A DNA stretch of 64,000 nt from Squalus acanthias (Eukaryota): contig CM059431.1 in NCBI GenBank assembly GCA_030390025.1, positions 139,378,001 to 139,442,000 of the forward strand, written 5' to 3'. Under the pieces are notes generated by a model, which did no database searches, was not told the DNA's origin, and worked only from the letters and a program-made list of their open reading frames with translations. A program made the position numbers and the translations under genes. Shown in pieces: positions 12,401 to 24,400 of this stretch (position 1 is the first letter of the stretch; each line of letters starts with the position of its first letter).

Positions 12401-15400
12401 GTAACAATGAAGGTCGAAAGCGTGAAAGAGTGGAGCTCTAAAGCTAGAAAGAGTGGAGCTCCAAAGCTAGAAACATAGGAGGTACAAAGCTAGAAAGCGT
12501 GGAGATCCTAAGCTAGAAACAGTGAAGGTCCAAAGACTGAAACAGTGGAGATCCAAAGCTAGAGACAGTGAAGGGCCAAAGCTAGAAACAGTGAAGGTCC
12601 AAAGCTAGAAACAGTGTAGGTCCAAAGCTATAAACAGTGTAGGTTCGAAGCTAGAAATAGTGAAGTTCCCAATCTGGAAACAGTGGTGGTCCAAAGCTAG
12701 AAATAGTGAAGTTCCCAATCTAGAAACAGTGGAGATCCAAAGCTAGAAATAGTGACGTTCCCAATCTAGAAACTGTGGAGGTCCAAAGCTAGAAACAGTG
12801 AAGTTCCCAATCTAGAAACAGTGGAGGTCGAAAGGTAGAAACAGTGGAGGTCCGAAGCTAGAAATAGTGAAGTTCCCAATCTTGAAACATTGGCGGTCCA
12901 AAGCTAGAAATAGTGAAGTTCCCAATCTAGAAACAGTGAAGTTCCAAAGCTGGAAACAGTGAAGGTCCAAAGAACGAAACAGTGGAGATCCAAAGCTAGA
13001 AACTGTGAAGGTCCAAATCTAGACACATTGGAGGTCCAAAGCTAGAGACAGTGAAGGTCCAAATCTAGAAACAGTGAAGGTACAAAGCGAGCAAGAGTGG
13101 TGGTCCAAAGCGAGAAAGAGTGGTGGTCCAAAGCTAGAAACAGTGGTGGCCCAAAGCGAGAAATAGTGGAGATCCAAAGATAGAAACAGTGAAGTTCCCA
13201 ATCTAGTAACAGTGGAGGTCCAAAGCTAGAAATACGAAGTTCCCAAGCTAGGAACAGTGGAGTTCCAGAGCTAGAAATAGTGAAGTTCCCAATCTAGAAA
13301 CAGTGGAGGTCCAAAGCTAGAAATAGTGAAGTTCCCAATCTAGAAAGAGAGGAGGTCTAAAGCTAGTAACAGTGAAGGTCCAAAGCTAGAAACAGTGGAG
13401 GTCCAAAGCTAGAAACAGTGTAGGTCCAAAGCTAGAAACAGTGAAGGTCCAAATCCAGAAACAAAGGATGTCCAAAGCTAGAAATAGCGGTTGTCCAAAG
13501 CTAGAAACTGTGGAGTCCAAAGCTAGAAACAGTGGAGGTCCAACACTAGAAACAGTGAAGGTCCATAGCTAGAAAAAGTGGAGGTCCAAAGCTAGAAACA
13601 GTGAAGGTCCAAAGCGAGAAACAGTGAAGGTCCAAAGCGAGAAACAGTGAAGATACAAAGCTAGAAACATTGACGTTCCAAAGCTAGAAACAGTAAAGGT
13701 CCAAAGCTAGAAACAGAAAAGGTGCAAAGCTAGAAACAGTGAAGGTCCAAATCCAGAAACAAAGGATGTCCAAAGCTAGAAATAGCGGTTGTCCAAAGCT
13801 AGAAAAAGTGGAGTCCAAAGCTAGAAACAGTGGAGGTCCAACACTAGAAACAGTGAAGTTCCATAGCTAGAAAAAGTGGAGGTCCAAAGCTAGAAACAGT
13901 GAAGGTCCAAAGCGAGAAACAGTGAAGATCCAAAGCAGAAACATTGACGTTCCAAAGCTAGAAACAGTGAAGGTCCAAACCTAGAAACAGTGGAGCTCCA
14001 AAGCTAGAAAAAGCGATGGTGCAAAGCTAGAAACGGGTGAGATCCAAAGCTCGAAACAGTGGAGGTCCAAAGCTAGAAACAGTGAAGGTCCAAAGCTAGA
14101 AACAATGTTGGTGCAAAGCTAGAAACAGTTTTGGTGCAAAGCTAGAAACAGTGTTGGTCCAAAGCTAGAAACAGTGGTGGTCCAAAGCTAGAAACAGTGA
14201 AGGTCCAAAGCTAGAAATAGCGGAGGTCCAAAGCTAGAAACAGTGAAAGTCCAAAGTTGAAAACAGTGGAGGTCCAAAGCTAAAAAGAGTGAAGGTGCAA
14301 AAGGAGAAACAGTCATGGTCCAAAGCTAGAAACAGTGGAGGTCCAAATCTAGAAACAGTGAAGGTCCAACGCTAGAAACAGTGGAGATCCAAATCTAGAA
14401 ACAGTGAACGTCCAAAACTAGTAACAATGAAGGTCGAAAGCGTGAAAGAGTGGAGCTCTAAAGCTAGAAAGAGTGGAGCTCCAAAGCTAGAAACATAGGA
14501 GGTACAAAGCTAGAAAGCGTGGAGATCCTAAGCTAGAAACAGTGAAGGTCCAAAGACTGAAACAGTGGAGATCCAAAGCTAGAGACAGTGAAGGGCCAAA
14601 GCTAGAAACAGTGAAGGTCCAAAGCTAGAAACAGTGTAGGTCCAAAGCTATAAACAGTGTAGGTTCGAAGCTAGAAATAGTGAAGTTCCCAATCTGGAAA
14701 CAGTGGTGGTCCAAAGCTAGAAATAGTGAAGTTCCCAATCTAGAAACAGTGGAGATCCAAAGCTAGAAATAGTGACGTTCCCAATCTAGAAACTGTGGAG
14801 GTCCAAAGCTAGTAACAGTGAAGGTCCAAAGATAGAAACAGTGAAGGTCCAAAGCGAGTAACAGTGAAGATACAAAGCTAGAAACATTGACGTTCCAAAG
14901 CTAGAAACAGTGAAGGTCCAAAGCTAGAAACAGAAAAGGTCCAAAGCTATAAACAGTGAAGGTCCAAATCCAGAAACAAAGGAAGTCCAAAGCTAGAAAT
15001 CGCGGTTGTCCAAAGTTGGAAACAGTGGAGTCCAAAGCTAGAAACAGTGGAGGTCCAACATTAGAAACAGTGAAGGTCCAAAGCGAGAAACAGTGAAGCT
15101 CCAAAGCTAGAAACATTGACGTTCCAAAGCTAGAACGAGTGAAGGTCCAAACCTAGAAACAGTGGAGATCCAAAGCTAGAAACAGCGATGGTGCAATGCT
15201 AGAAACGGGTGAGATCCAAAGCTCGAAACAGTGGAGGTCCAAAGCTAGAAACAGTGAAGGTCCAAAGCTAGAAACAGTTTTGGTGCAAAGCTAGAAGCAG
15301 TGTTGGTCCAAAGCTAGAAACAGTGGTGGTCCAAAGCTAGAAACAGTGAAGGTCCAAAGCTAGAAATAGCGGAGCTCCAAAGCTAGAAACAGTGAAAGTC

Positions 15401-18400
15401 CAAAGTTGAAAACAGTGGAGGTCCAAAGCTAAAAAGAGTGAAGGTGCAAAAGGAGAAACAGTCATGGTCCAAAGTTACAAACAGTGGAGGTGCAAAGCTA
15501 GAAACATTTAAAGTCCAAAGCTAGAAACAGTGGAGGTCCAAATCTAGAAACAGTGAAGGTCCAACGCTAGAAACAGTGGAGATCCAAATCTAGAAACAGT
15601 GAACGTCCAAAACTAGTAACAATGAAGGTCGAAAGCGTGAAAGAGTGGAGCTCTAAAGCTAGAAAGAGTGGAGCTCCAAAGCTAGAAACATAGGAGGTAC
15701 AAAGCTAGAAAGCGTGGAGATCCTAAGCTAGAAACAGTGAAGGTCCAAAGACTGAAACAGTGGAGATCCAAAGCTAGAGACAGTGAAGGGCCAAAGCTAG
15801 AAACAGTGAAGGTCCAAAGCTAGAAACAGTGTAGGTCCAAAGCTATAAACAGTGTAGGTTCGAAGCTAGAAATAGTGAAGTTCCCAATCTGGAAACAGAG
15901 GTGGTCCAAAGCTAGAAATAGTGAAGTTCCCAATCTAGAAACAGTGGAGATCCAAAGCTAGAAATAGTGACGTTCCCAATCTAGAAACTGTGGAGGTCCA
16001 AAGCTAGAAACAGTGAAGTTCCCAATCTAGAAACAGTGGAGGTCGAAAGGTAGAAACAGTGGAGGTCCGAAGCTAGAAATAGTGAAGTTCCCAATCTTGA
16101 AACATTGGCGGTCCAAAGCTAGAAATAGTGAAGTTCCCAATCTAGAAACAGTGAAGTTCCAAAGCTGGAAACAGTGAAGGTCCAAAGAACGAAACAGTGG
16201 AGATCCAAAGCTAGAAACTGTGAAGGTCCAAATCTAGACACAGTGGAGGTCCAAAGCTAGAGACAGTGAAGGTCCAAATCTAGAAACAGTGAAGGTCCAA
16301 AGCGAGCAAGAGTGGTGGTCCAAAGCGAGAAAGAGTGGTGGTCCAAAGCTAGAAACAGTGGTGGCCCAAAGCGAGAAAGAGTGGAGATCCAAAGATAGAA
16401 ACAGTGAAGTTCCCAATCTAGTAACAGTGGAGGGCCAAAGCTAGAAATACGAAGTTCCCAAGCTAGGAACAGTGGAGTTCCAGAGCTAGAAATAGTGAAG
16501 TTCCCAATCTAGAAACAGTGGAGGTCCAAAGCTAGAAATAGTGAAGTTCCCAATCTAGAAAGAGAGGAGGTCTAAAGCTAGTAACAGTGAAGGTCCAAAG
16601 CTAGAAACAGTGGAGGTCCAAAGCTAGAAACAGTGTAGGTCCAAAGCTAGAAACAGTGAAGGTCCAAATCCAGAAACAAAGGATGTCCAAAGCTAGAAAT
16701 AGCGGTTGTCCAAAGCTAGAAACTGTGGAGTCCAAAGCTAGAAACAGTGGAGGTCCAACACTAGAAACAGTGAAGGTCCATAGCTAGAAAAAGTGGAGGT
16801 CCAAAGCTAGAAACAGTGAAGGTCCAAAGCGAGAAACAGTGAAGGTCCAAAGCGAGAAACAGTGAAGATACAAAGCTAGAAACATTGACGTTCCAAAGCT
16901 AGAAACAGTAAAGGTCCAAAGCTAGAAACAGAAAAGGTGCAAAGCTAGAAACAGTGAAGGTCCAAATCCAGAAACAAAGGATGTCCAAAGCTAGAAATAG
17001 CGGTTGTCCAAAGCTAGAAAAAGTGGAGTCCAAAGCTAGAAACAGTGGAGGTCCAACACTAGAAACAGTGAAGTTCCATAGCTAGAAAAAGTGGAGGTCC
17101 AAAGCTAGAAACAGTGAAGGTCCAAAGCGAGAAACAGTGAAGATCCAAAGCAGAAACATTGACGTTCCAAAGCTAGAAACAGTGAAGGTCCAAACCTAGA
17201 AACAGTGGAGCTCCAAAGCTAGAAAAAGCGATGGTGCAAAGCTAGAAACGGGTGAGATCCAAAGCTCGAAACAGTGGAGGTCCAAAGCTAGAAACAGTGA
17301 AGGTCCAAAGCTAGAAACAATGTTGGTGCAAAGCTAGAAACAGTTTTGGTGCAAAGCTAGAAACAGTGTTGGTCCAAAGCTAGAAACAGTGGTGGTCCAA
17401 AGCTAGAAACAGTGAAGGTCCAAAGCTAGAAATAGCGGAGGTCCAAAGCTAGAAACAGTGAAAGTCCAAAGTTGAAAACAGTGGAGGTCCAAAGCTAAAA
17501 AGAGTGAAGGTGCAAAAGGAGAAACAGTCATGGTCCAAAGCTAGAAACAGTGGAGGTCCAAATCTAGAAACAGTGAAGGTCCAACGCTAGAAACAGTGGA
17601 GATCCAAATCTAGAAACAGTGAACGTCCAAAACTAGTAACAATGAAGGTCGAAAGCGTGAAAGAGTGGAGCTGCAAAGCTAGAAACAGTGGATGCCAAAG
17701 ATAGAAACAGTGAAGGTCGAAACTAGAAACAGTGGAGGTCCAAAGCTAGAAACAGTGTTGGTGCCAAAGCTAGAAAAATTGAAGGTCCAAAGATAGAAAC
17801 AGTGAAGGTCGAAAGCTAGAAACAGTGGAGGTCCAAAGCTGGAAACAGTGGCGGTCCAAAGCTAGAAACAGTGAAGGTCCAAAGATAGAAACAGTGAAGT
17901 TCCAAAGCTAGTAACAGTGATGGCCAAAGCTAGAAATAGTGAAGGTCAAAGCTGAAACAGTGAATGTTCAAAGTTAGAAACAGTGAAGGTCCTAAGCTAG
18001 AAACAGTGAAGGTCAAAGCTGGAAACAGTGTTGGTGCAAAGCTAGAAACAGTGGATGCCAAAGATAGAAACAGTGAAGGTCGAAACTAGAAACAGTGGAG
18101 GTCCAAAGCTAGAAACAGTGTTGGTGCAGAAGCTAGAAAAATTGAAGGTCCAAAGATAGAAACAGTGAAGTTCCAAAGCTGGAAACAGTGAAGGTCCAAA
18201 GAACGAAACAGTGGAGATCCAAAGCTAGAAACTGTGAAGGTCCAAATCTAGACACAGTGGAGGTCCAAAGCTAGAGACAGTGAAGGTCCAAATCTAGAAA
18301 CAGTGAAGGTCCAAAGCGAGCAAGAGTGGTGGTCCAAAGCGAGAAAGAGTGGTGGTCCAAAGCGAGAAACAGTGGTGGCCCAAAGCGAGAAAGAGTGGAG

Positions 18401-21400
18401 ATCCAAAGATAGAAACAGTGAAGTTCCCAATCTAGTAACAGTGGAGGTCCAAAGCTAGAAATACGAAGTTCCCAAGCTAGGAACAGTGGAGTTCCAGAGC
18501 TAGAAATAGTGAAGTTCCCAATCTAGAAATAGTGGAGGTCCAAAGCTAAAAGTAGTGAAGTTCCAAATCTAGACAGAGTGAAGGTCAAAGCAAGAAACAG
18601 TGGAGTACCGAATCTAGTAACAGTGAAGGTCCAAAGCTAGAAACAGTGGAGGTCCAAAGCTAGAAACAGTGTAGGTCCAAAGCTAGAAACAGTGAAGGTC
18701 CAAATCCAGAAACAAAGGATGTCCAAAGCTAGAAATAGCGGTTGTCCAAAGCTAGAAACAGTGGAGTCCAAAGCTAGAAACAGTGGAGGTCCAACACTAG
18801 AAACAGTGAAGGTCCACAGCTAGAAACAGTGGAGGTCCAAAGCTAGAAACAGTGAAGGTCCAAAGCGAGAAATATTGAAGGTGCAAAGCGAGAAACAGTG
18901 AAGATACAAAGCTAGAAACATTGACGTTCCAAAGCTAGAAACAGTGAAGGTCCAAACCTAGAAACAGTGGAGATCCAAAGCTAGAAAAGGCGATGGTGCA
19001 AAGCTAGAAACGGGTGAGATCCAAAGCTCGAAACAGTGGAGGTCCAAAGCTAGAAACAGTGAAGGTCCAAAGCTAGAAACAATGTTGGTGCACAGCTAGA
19101 AACAGTTTTGGTGCAAAGCCAGAAACAGTGTTGGTCCTAAGCTAGAAACAGTGGTGGTCCAAAGCTAGAAACAGTGAAGGTCCAAAGCTAGAAATAGCGG
19201 AGGTCCAAAGCTAGAAACAGTGAAAGTCCATAGTTGAAAACAGTGGAGTTCCAAAGCTAAAAAGAGTGAAGGTGCAAAAGGAGAAACAGTCATGGTCCAA
19301 AGCTAGAAACAGTGGACGTCCAAAGCTAGAAACATTTAAAGTCCAAAGCTCGAAACAGTGGAGGGTCCAAATCTAGAAACAGTGAAGGTCCAACGCTAGA
19401 AACAGTGGAGATCCAAAGCTAGAAACAGTGAACGTCCAAAACTAGTAACAATGAAGGTCGAAAGCGTGAAAGAGTGGAGCTCTAAAGCTAGAAAGAAAGG
19501 AGCTCCAAAGCTAGAAACATAGGAGGTACAAAACTAGAAAGCGTGAGATCCTAAGCTAGAAACAGTGAAGGTCCAAAGACTGAAACAGTGGAGATCCAAA
19601 GCTAGAGACAGTGAAGGGGCCAAAGCTAGAAACAGTGTGAAGGTCCAAAGCTAGAAACAGTGTAGGTCCAAAGCTATAAACAGTGTAGGTTCGAAGCTAG
19701 AAATAGTGAAGTTCCCAATCTGGAAACAGTGGTGGTCCAAAGCTAGAAATAGTGAAGTTCCCAATCTAGAAACAGTGGAGATCCAAAGCTGGAAATAGTG
19801 ACGTTCCCAATCTAGAAACTGTGGAGGTCCAAAGCTAGAAACAGTGAAGTTCCCAATCTAGAAACAGTGGAGGTCGAAAGGTAGAAACAGTGGAGGTGCG
19901 AAGCTGGAAATAGTGAAGTTCCCAATCTTGAAACATTGGCGGTCCAAAGCTAGAAATAGTGAAGTTCCCAATCTAGAAACAGTGAAGTTCCAAAGCTGGA
20001 AACAGTGAAGGTCCAAAGAACGAAACAGTGGAGATCCAAAGCTAGAAACTGTGAAGGTCCAAATCTAGACACAGTGGAGGTCCAAAGCTAGAGACAGTGA
20101 AGGTCCAAATCTAGAAACAGTGAAGGTCCAAAGCGAGAAAGAGTGGTGGTCCAAAGCTAGAAACAGTGGTGGCCCAAAGCGAGAAAGAGTGGAGATCCAA
20201 AGATAGAAACAGTGAAGTTCCCAATCTAGTAACAGTGGAGGTCCAAAGCTAGAAATACGAAGTTCCCAAGCTAGGAACAGTGGAGTTCCAGAGCTAGAAA
20301 TAGTGAAGTTCCCAATCTAGAAACAGTGGAGGTCCAAAGCTAGAAGTAGTGAAGTTCCAAATCTAGACAGAGTGAAGGTCAAAGCAAGAAACAGTGGAGT
20401 ACCGAATCTAGAAATAGTGAAGTTCCCAATCTAGAAACAGTGGAGGTCCAAAGCTAGAAATAGTGAAGTTCCCAATCTAGAAAGAGAGGAGGTCCAAAGC
20501 TAGAAACAGTGGAGGTCCAAAGCTAGAAACAGTGTAGGTCCAAAGCTAGAAACAGTGTAGGTCCAAAGCTAGAAACAGTGGAGGTCCGAAGCTAGAAATA
20601 GTGAAGCTCCCAATCTATTAACAGTGGATGTCCAAAGGGAGAAATATTGAAGTTCCCAATGTAGGACAAGTGGAGGTCCAAAGCTAGAAATAGTGAAGGT
20701 CCAAAGCTAGACACATTGAAGGTCCAAAGCTAGAAACAATGGAGGTCCAAAGCTAGTAACAGTGAAGGTCCAAAGATAGAAACAGTGAAGGTCCAAAGCG
20801 AGTAACAGTGAAGATACAAAGCTAGAAACATTGACGTTCCAAAGCTAGAAACAGTGAAGGTCCAAAGCTAGAAACAGAAAAGGTCCAAAGCTATAAACAG
20901 TGAAGGTCCAAATCCAGAAACAAAGGAAGTCCAAAGCTAGAAATCGCGGTTGTCCAAAGTTGGAAACAGTGGAGTCCAAAGCTAGAAACAGTGGAGGTCC
21001 AACATTAGAAACAGTGAAGGTCCAAAGCGAGAAACAGTGAAGCTCCAAAGCTAGAAACATTGACGTTCCAAAGCTAGAACGAGTGAAGGTCCAAACCTAG
21101 AAACAGTGGAGATCCAAAGCTAGAAACAGCGATGCTGCAATGCTAGAAACGGGTGAGATCCAAAGCTCGAAACAGTGGAGGTCCAAAGCTAGAAACAGTG
21201 AAGGTCCAAAGCTAGAAACAGTTTTGGTGCAAAGCTAGAAACAGTGTTGGTCCAAAGCTAGAAACAGTGGTGGTCCAAAGCTAGAAACAGTGAAGGTCCA
21301 AAGCTGGAAATAGCGGAGGTCCAAAGCTAGAAACAGTGAAGGTCCAAAGTTGAAAACAGTGGAGGTCCAAAGCTAGAAAGAGTGAAGGTGCAAAAGGAGA

Positions 21401-24400
21401 AACAGTCATGGTCCAAAGCTAGAAACAGTGGAGGTCCAAAGCTACAAACATTGAAGGTCCAAAGCTAGAAACAGTGAAGGTCCAACTCTAGAAACAGTGA
21501 AGGTCCAAAGCTAGAAACAGTGAAGAGTCAAAGCTAGAATCAGTGAAGTTCCAAAGCTACTAACAGTGAAGGTCCAACGCTAGAAACAGTGGAGATCCAA
21601 AGCTAGAAACAGTGAACGTCCAAAACTAGTAACAATGAAGGTCGAAAGCGTGAAAGAGTGGAGCTCTAAAGCTAGAAAGAGTGGAGCTCCAAAGCTAGAA
21701 ACATAGGAGGTACAAAGCTAGAAAGCGTGGAGATCCTAAGCTAGAAACACTGAAGGTCCAAAGACTGAAACAGTGGAGATCCAAAGCTAGAGACAGTGAA
21801 GGGCTAAAGCATGAAACAGTGAAGGTCCAAAGCTAGAAACAGTGTAGGTCCAAAGCTATAAACAGTGTAGGTTCGAAGCAAGAAATAGTGAAGTTCCCAT
21901 TCTGGAAACAGTGGTGGTCCAAAGCTAGAAATAGTGAAGTTCTCAATCTAGAAACAGTGGAGATCCAAAGCTAGAAATAGTGACGTTCCCAATCTAGAAA
22001 ATGTGGAGGTCCAAAGCTAGAAACAGTGAAGTTCCCAATCTAGAAACAGTGGAGGTCGAAAGGTAGAAACAGTGGAGGTCCGAAGCTAGAAATAGTGAAG
22101 TTCCCAATCTTGAAACATTGGCGGTCCAAAGCTGGAAACAGTGAAGGTCCAAAGAACGAAACAGTGGAAATCAAAAGCTAGAAATAGTGAAGGTCCAAAT
22201 CTAGACACAGTGGAGGTCCAAAGCTAGAAACAGTGAAGGTCCAAATCCAGAAACAAAGGATGTTCAAAGCTAGCAATAGCGGTTGTCCTAAGCTAGAAAC
22301 AGTGGAGTCCAAAGCTAGAAACAGTGGAGGTCCAACACCAGAAACAGTGAAGGTCCATAGCTAGAAACAGTGGAGGTCCAAAGCTAGAAACAGTGAAGGT
22401 CCAAAGCGAGAAACAGTGAAGATCCATAGCAGAAACATTGACGTTCCAAAGCTAGAAACAGTGAAGGTTCAAACCTAGAAACAGTGGAGATCCAAAGCTA
22501 GAAACAGCGATGGTGCAACGCTAGAAACGGGTGAGATCCAAAGCTCGAAACAGTGGAGGTCCAAAGCTAGAAACAGTGAAGGTCCAAAGCTAGAAACAAT
22601 GTTGGTGCAAAGCTAGAAACAGTTTTGGTGCAAAGCTAGAAACAGTGTTGGTCCTAAGCTAGAAACAGTGGTGGTCCAAAGCTAGAAATAGCGGAGGTCC
22701 AAAGCTAGAAACAGTGAAAGTCCAAAGTGAAACAGTGGAGGTCCAAAGCTAAAAGAGTGGAAGGTGCAAAAGGAGAAACAGTCATGGTCCAAAGCTAGAA
22801 ACAGTGGAGGTCCAAAGCTAGAAACATTTAAAGTCAAAGCTAGAACAGTGGAGGTCCAAATCTAGAAACAGTGAAGGTCCAATGCTAGAAACAGTGAGAT
22901 CCAAAGCTAGAAACAGTGAACGTCCAAAACTAGTAACAATGAAGGTCGAAAGCGTGAAAGAGTGGAGCTCTAAAGCTAGAAAGAGTGGAGCTCCAAAGCT
23001 AGAAACATAGGAGGTACAAAGCTAGAAAGCGTGGAGATCCTAAGCTAGAAACAGTGAAGGTCCAAAGACTGAAACAGTGGAGATCCAAAGCTAGAGACAG
23101 TGAAGGGCCAAAGCTAGAAACAGTGAAGGTCCAAAGCTAGAAACAGTGTAGGTCCAAAGCTATAAACAGTGTAGGTTCGAAGCAAGAAATAGTGAAGTTC
23201 CCAATCTGGAAACAGTGGTGGTCCAAAGCTAGAAATAGTGAAGTTCCCAATCTAGAAACAGTGGAGATCCAAAGCTAGAAATAGTGACGTGCCCAATCTA
23301 GAAACTGTGGAGGTCCAAAGCTAGAAACAGTGAAGTTCCCAATCTAGAAACAGTGGAGGTCGAAAGGTAGATACAGTGGAGGTCCGAAGCTAGAAATAGT
23401 GAAGTTCCCAATCTTGAAACATTGGCGGTCCAAAGCTAGAAATAGTGAAGTTCCCAATCTAGAAACAGTGAAGTTCCAAAGCTGGAAACTGTGAAGGTCC
23501 AAAGAACGAAACAGTGGAGAACCAAAGCTAGAAATAGTGAAGTTCCCAATCTAGAAACAGTGAAGTTCCAAAGCTGGAAACTGTGAAGGTCCAAAGAACG
23601 AAACAGTGGAGAACCAAAGCTAGAAACTGTGAAGGTCCAAATCTAGACATAGTGGAGGTCCAAAGCTAGAGACAGTGAAGGTCCAAATCTAGAAACAGTG
23701 AAGGTCCAAAGCGAGCAAGAGTAGTGGTCCAAAGCGAGAAAGAGTGGTGGTCCAAAGCTAGAAACAGTGGTGGCCCAAAGCGAGAAAGAGTGGAGATCCA
23801 AAGATAGAAACAGTGAAGTTCCCAATCTAGTAACAGTGGAGGTCCAAAGCTAGAAATACGAAGTTCCCAAGCTAGGAACAGTGGAGTTCCAGAGCTAGAA
23901 ATAGTGAAGTTCCCAATCTAGAAACAGTGGAGGTCCAAAGCTAGAAGTAGTGAAGTTCCAAATCTAGACAGAGTGAAGGTCAAAGCAAGAAACAGTGGAG
24001 TACCGAATCTAGAAATAGTGAAGTTCCCAATCTAAAAACAGTGGAGGTCCAAAGCTAGAAATAGTGAAGTTCCCAATCTAGAAAGAGAGGAGGTCTAAAG
24101 CTAATAACAGTGAAGGTCCAAAGCTAGAAACAGTGGAGGTCCAAAGCTAGAAACAGTGTAGGTCCAAAGCTAGAAACAGTGAAGGTCCAAATCCAGAAAC
24201 AAAGGATATCCAAAGCTAAAAATAGCGGTTGTCCAAAGCTAGAAACAGTGGAGTCCAAAGCTAGAAACAGTGGAGGTCCAACACTAGAAACAGTGAAGGT
24301 CCATAGCTAGAAACAGTGGAGGTCCAAAGCTAGAAACAGTGAAGGTCCAAAGCGAGAAACAGTGAAGGTCCAAAGCGAGAAACAGTGAAGATACAAAGCT

